Of a stretch of DNA of 64,000 nt, positions 61,516 to 64,000 are shown in pieces. A program made the position numbers and the translations under genes. The notes beneath the pieces were generated by a model that saw nothing but the letters and a program-made list of their open reading frames with translations, had not been told where the DNA came from and made no database searches. The DNA is from Blastocladiella emersonii ATCC 22665 (lineage: Eukaryota > Fungi > Blastocladiomycota). Numbering within the stretch: position 1 is the first letter of the stretch; each line of letters opens with the position of its first letter. The stretch is from the NCBI GenBank assembly GCA_025594325.1, contig JANHCV010000004.1, positions 62,001 through 126,000 of the forward strand. Reading direction: 5' to 3'.

Positions 61516-61668
61516 GGTTGCAAGGGAGCGCGAGCGCGGCGCCGCCAGCGTCGTCGAGTCACACGCGCCCGTCGCGCTGCCCACGCGCGTCGACTTGGGC
61601 AGCGCTCCCTCTCCCCGCGAGCCCGACCCTGCGCTGAACCGCGGCAGCTTCCATGAAAACTTGATGCA

Positions 61669-64000
61669 ATGTGGTTCATCTTCGGCGAAAAGGACGACAA
61701 GTGGGACAATGGCCGTACGTTCGGTTCCTCGTTGCACGGGCCGATCCCGCACCGCGGCGAGACCGCTGGCGGCCGGCGAGGACTGGCCGGCCGGCCCGCA
61801 GTGCCCGGCAAACTCGTGAGCCCGTGGACGGACGGCTGACTGTCCTCGGCTCGCGCCTGATAGCGACCTTCATTCCGCTTGAATGCGAGTCGTCGATCGA
61901 TTTCGGGCGCAAGTCCGGCCCCATGCTGCGCACCGAGGACAAGGGCGTCTCCAAGGTCCAGTTTCGCCTCGCTGTCGGCGAGTGCGACCCGCGGAACTTG
62001 GTGCGCTTCCTCCGGCCAAAGTGACGCGTAAAGCGGACACTCATCGCTGGCGACCAATCACCGCGCGCGCACCCTCACCTGTAGGCGCTGAACGGCACGG
62101 GAGTACCGCAGTATCCTCGCGTGTCTGTGGAGGATCTGAGCAGAAAGAGTACTTTTCTCAACGGCGCCGTGGTGCCGCCCGACGAGCGCCGGTATGCTGT
62201 CGCGCCAGTCAACGAGCTCCTGATCGGCAAGTTCCAGTGCTCGATGCTCATCATCCACGTCTCGGTCGTGTTTCTTCTCGACGAGTCTGTCCTCGGCGTC
62301 GCCGGTGTCGCGCAGGTCGTCGAGCTGGCCAAGAAGATTGGCGCCAAGATTGCCCCCGAGTGGTCGCCCGCGTGCACCCACGTCGTGTCTGCGCCAACGA
62401 GCTCGGCGTCGCCGCTGTTCACCCTCGCCCGCGTCAAGGGCATGTCCGTGGTCTCGCTTGACTGGATCAACCAGCTTGCCGGCAGCGTTGCCGCGGTCTA
62501 CCCGTACACGCACGCGACGCCGCAGGAAGAGATCCAGGTGTGGATGAAGCCGGCCGACATTCGCGCCGCGACCGCGCCACTTGCGCACAGCCGGATCCTT
62601 GCCTCGCACACGATTGTCCTCACGCCCGATGCGGTCGCCGCCATTGGCGAGAGCCAGGTCCCCGTTTTCGGCCAGGTGCTGCGCCATTTCGGCGGATCCG
62701 ACCCAGTGATGGCCACTTCGGCCACGGCTCCGACAGGCGTCCCGATCCACGTCGGCACCACCTCGACCTGCAGCGTCCCCTCGGCGACTCGCTACACCAC
62801 CCTGTCCGCCTTTTTGGACGGGCTCCTCGCCAACCAGGTGACGTCTACCGTGGTCCGTGGCGGACTCGGCGCCACGCAGGGAACCGCTGCTGGGTCGGCA
62901 CCTCGCCTCGCTCCGCGCCCGGCGGGCATCACCACCCCCGGCGCAACCCCGATCGCGTCATCCTCCGCATTCGGAAGCGTCCTCGACGACATCTTTCACA
63001 ACGCCATGTCGGGCTCCGCGCGGCCGGCAGCGACCCAGGCGCGGGGTTCCAGTTTGGCGCCCCGCCGCGCGACGCAGGCCCAGCCCAGCGCTGGCACAGG
63101 CACGGGCGCCCTTTTTGCTCTCGGCGACCTGTTCAGCCGCGCGTCGGCTTCGGCTTCGTCCTCGCTTCGCCCCGAAAACTCGCTTCGGCAGCAGGGCTCG
63201 CAGCCGCCACGACCTGGCACGCGCGAGACCTCGCGCGCGTCCACTGCTACGGGACAGACCGGTGCCGGTACCGCGCGGCCGGGCACGACGCGTACTCGCG
63301 CCGCACCCATCTCGAGCCTGTACGGCACCGAGGTGCGGCTCGAGCAACTCGGGATCCCGCAGCCGGCGGCACCCGCGGCTCCACCGGCGCCTGCTCCCGA
63401 ACCGACCAGCGCGGCGACCCCCGCACCGAGTACTTCCTCGTCGCAGATCCCCGCACCCAACGATGTTGAGTCGGCGGGCGCGACCGAGGGCGAACCCGCG
63501 GCGGCTACAGGTGCGGCGGGTTCGGCATCGCAGGCTCGCGCGACGATCCCGTCGCCCGAACCGGAACCCGACTCGGCGGCCGCGACCCCGGCTCCGTCCG
63601 CGCCCGCACCGAGCGAGGAGTCGCAGGCCATTGACCCCGACGTCGATCCCGAGACGCTCTCGGGCCTGCTGCGCGTGTCGTACGTCAAGCTCGTCGTCGA
63701 TCCCGCCACGTCGACCACCACGGCGTGCCGCCCGGGCTACGTCAACGCGTACCCGGCCTCGCAGGCAGCGGCGGCGGGCAGCGCGGGCGTGTCGTCGCAG
63801 GATGGCGGGAGCGCGACACTCGACTCGTCGCAGCGGTGGGCGGGCCGGCGCAACTTCAAGCGGTTCCGCAAGTCGCAGGCGCCGAACCCGCTGCTCAAGG
63901 TGATCCTGCCGCTCGGTCTCATCGCCAACGTCCCGATCAACGGCGGGGGCAGCGACAGCGACGAGGACGAGCTCGGCAGCGCGGCACGCCGGCGCCGACG
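61669..64000 (+). CDS. NBS1: Nibrin/NBS1 (FHA + BRCT + Mre11-binding motif); multi-exon, 3' end beyond the window
   Basis: MWFI start, FHA (FGRK..DKGVSKVQF..DLSRKSTFLNG), BRCT (EWSPACTHVV..VVSLDWI) and the GRRNFKRFRK Mre11-interaction motif near 63850. Confidence 0.85.

Noticed and set aside
61516-61752. N-terminal extension of the RING ORF overlapping the NBS1 start
   Set aside because: It begins at a GTG and overlaps the divergent NBS1 first exon; the first plausible ATG is at 61515.
1-64000. rRNA, tRNA, retrotransposon or viral hallmark genes
   Set aside because: None was recognisable by eye: no RT, integrase, transposase or capsid motifs and no cloverleaf. A covariance-model scan was not possible.

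Overview
Eukaryotic, very GC-rich, gene-dense genomic DNA with short GT-AG introns (mostly 44-82 nt, donors typically GTACGC/GTACGT). It is most likely from an early-diverging (zoosporic-type) fungus, inferred from gene content and codon usage. Recognisable genes in order: mitochondrial-type carbamoyl-phosphate synthase large chain (partial), SulP/STAS/cNMP transporter, DUF4470-type protein, Na+/solute symporter, SR-rich orphan, Nma111 protease, ThrE/Prm10-like membrane protein, a four-helix-bundle + pseudokinase + Sel1-like protein, a small MATA_HMG-box protein, single-chain ATP-citrate lyase, a Mei2-like 2xRRM protein, a group III G-alpha, a beta-helix (Pmp-like) multi-pass receptor, several orphans, cyclophilin A, a PPR-like mitochondrial protein, a Topors-like RING E3 and NBS1 (partial). 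The main unexplained structure lies at 54-60.3 kb: a near-perfect 1.13-kb inverted duplication (55871-56996 / 59196-60324) brackets the PPR-like gene. The same zone holds decayed, inverted copies of fragments of two other genes from this window (CPS at ~0.8-1.3 kb and the receptor at ~43.3 kb), with short perfect palindromes or inverted repeats at several junctions. The best protein-level candidate for a new system is an MLKL-like (four-helix bundle + pseudokinase) architecture. All calls come from reading the sequence; no database searches were run.
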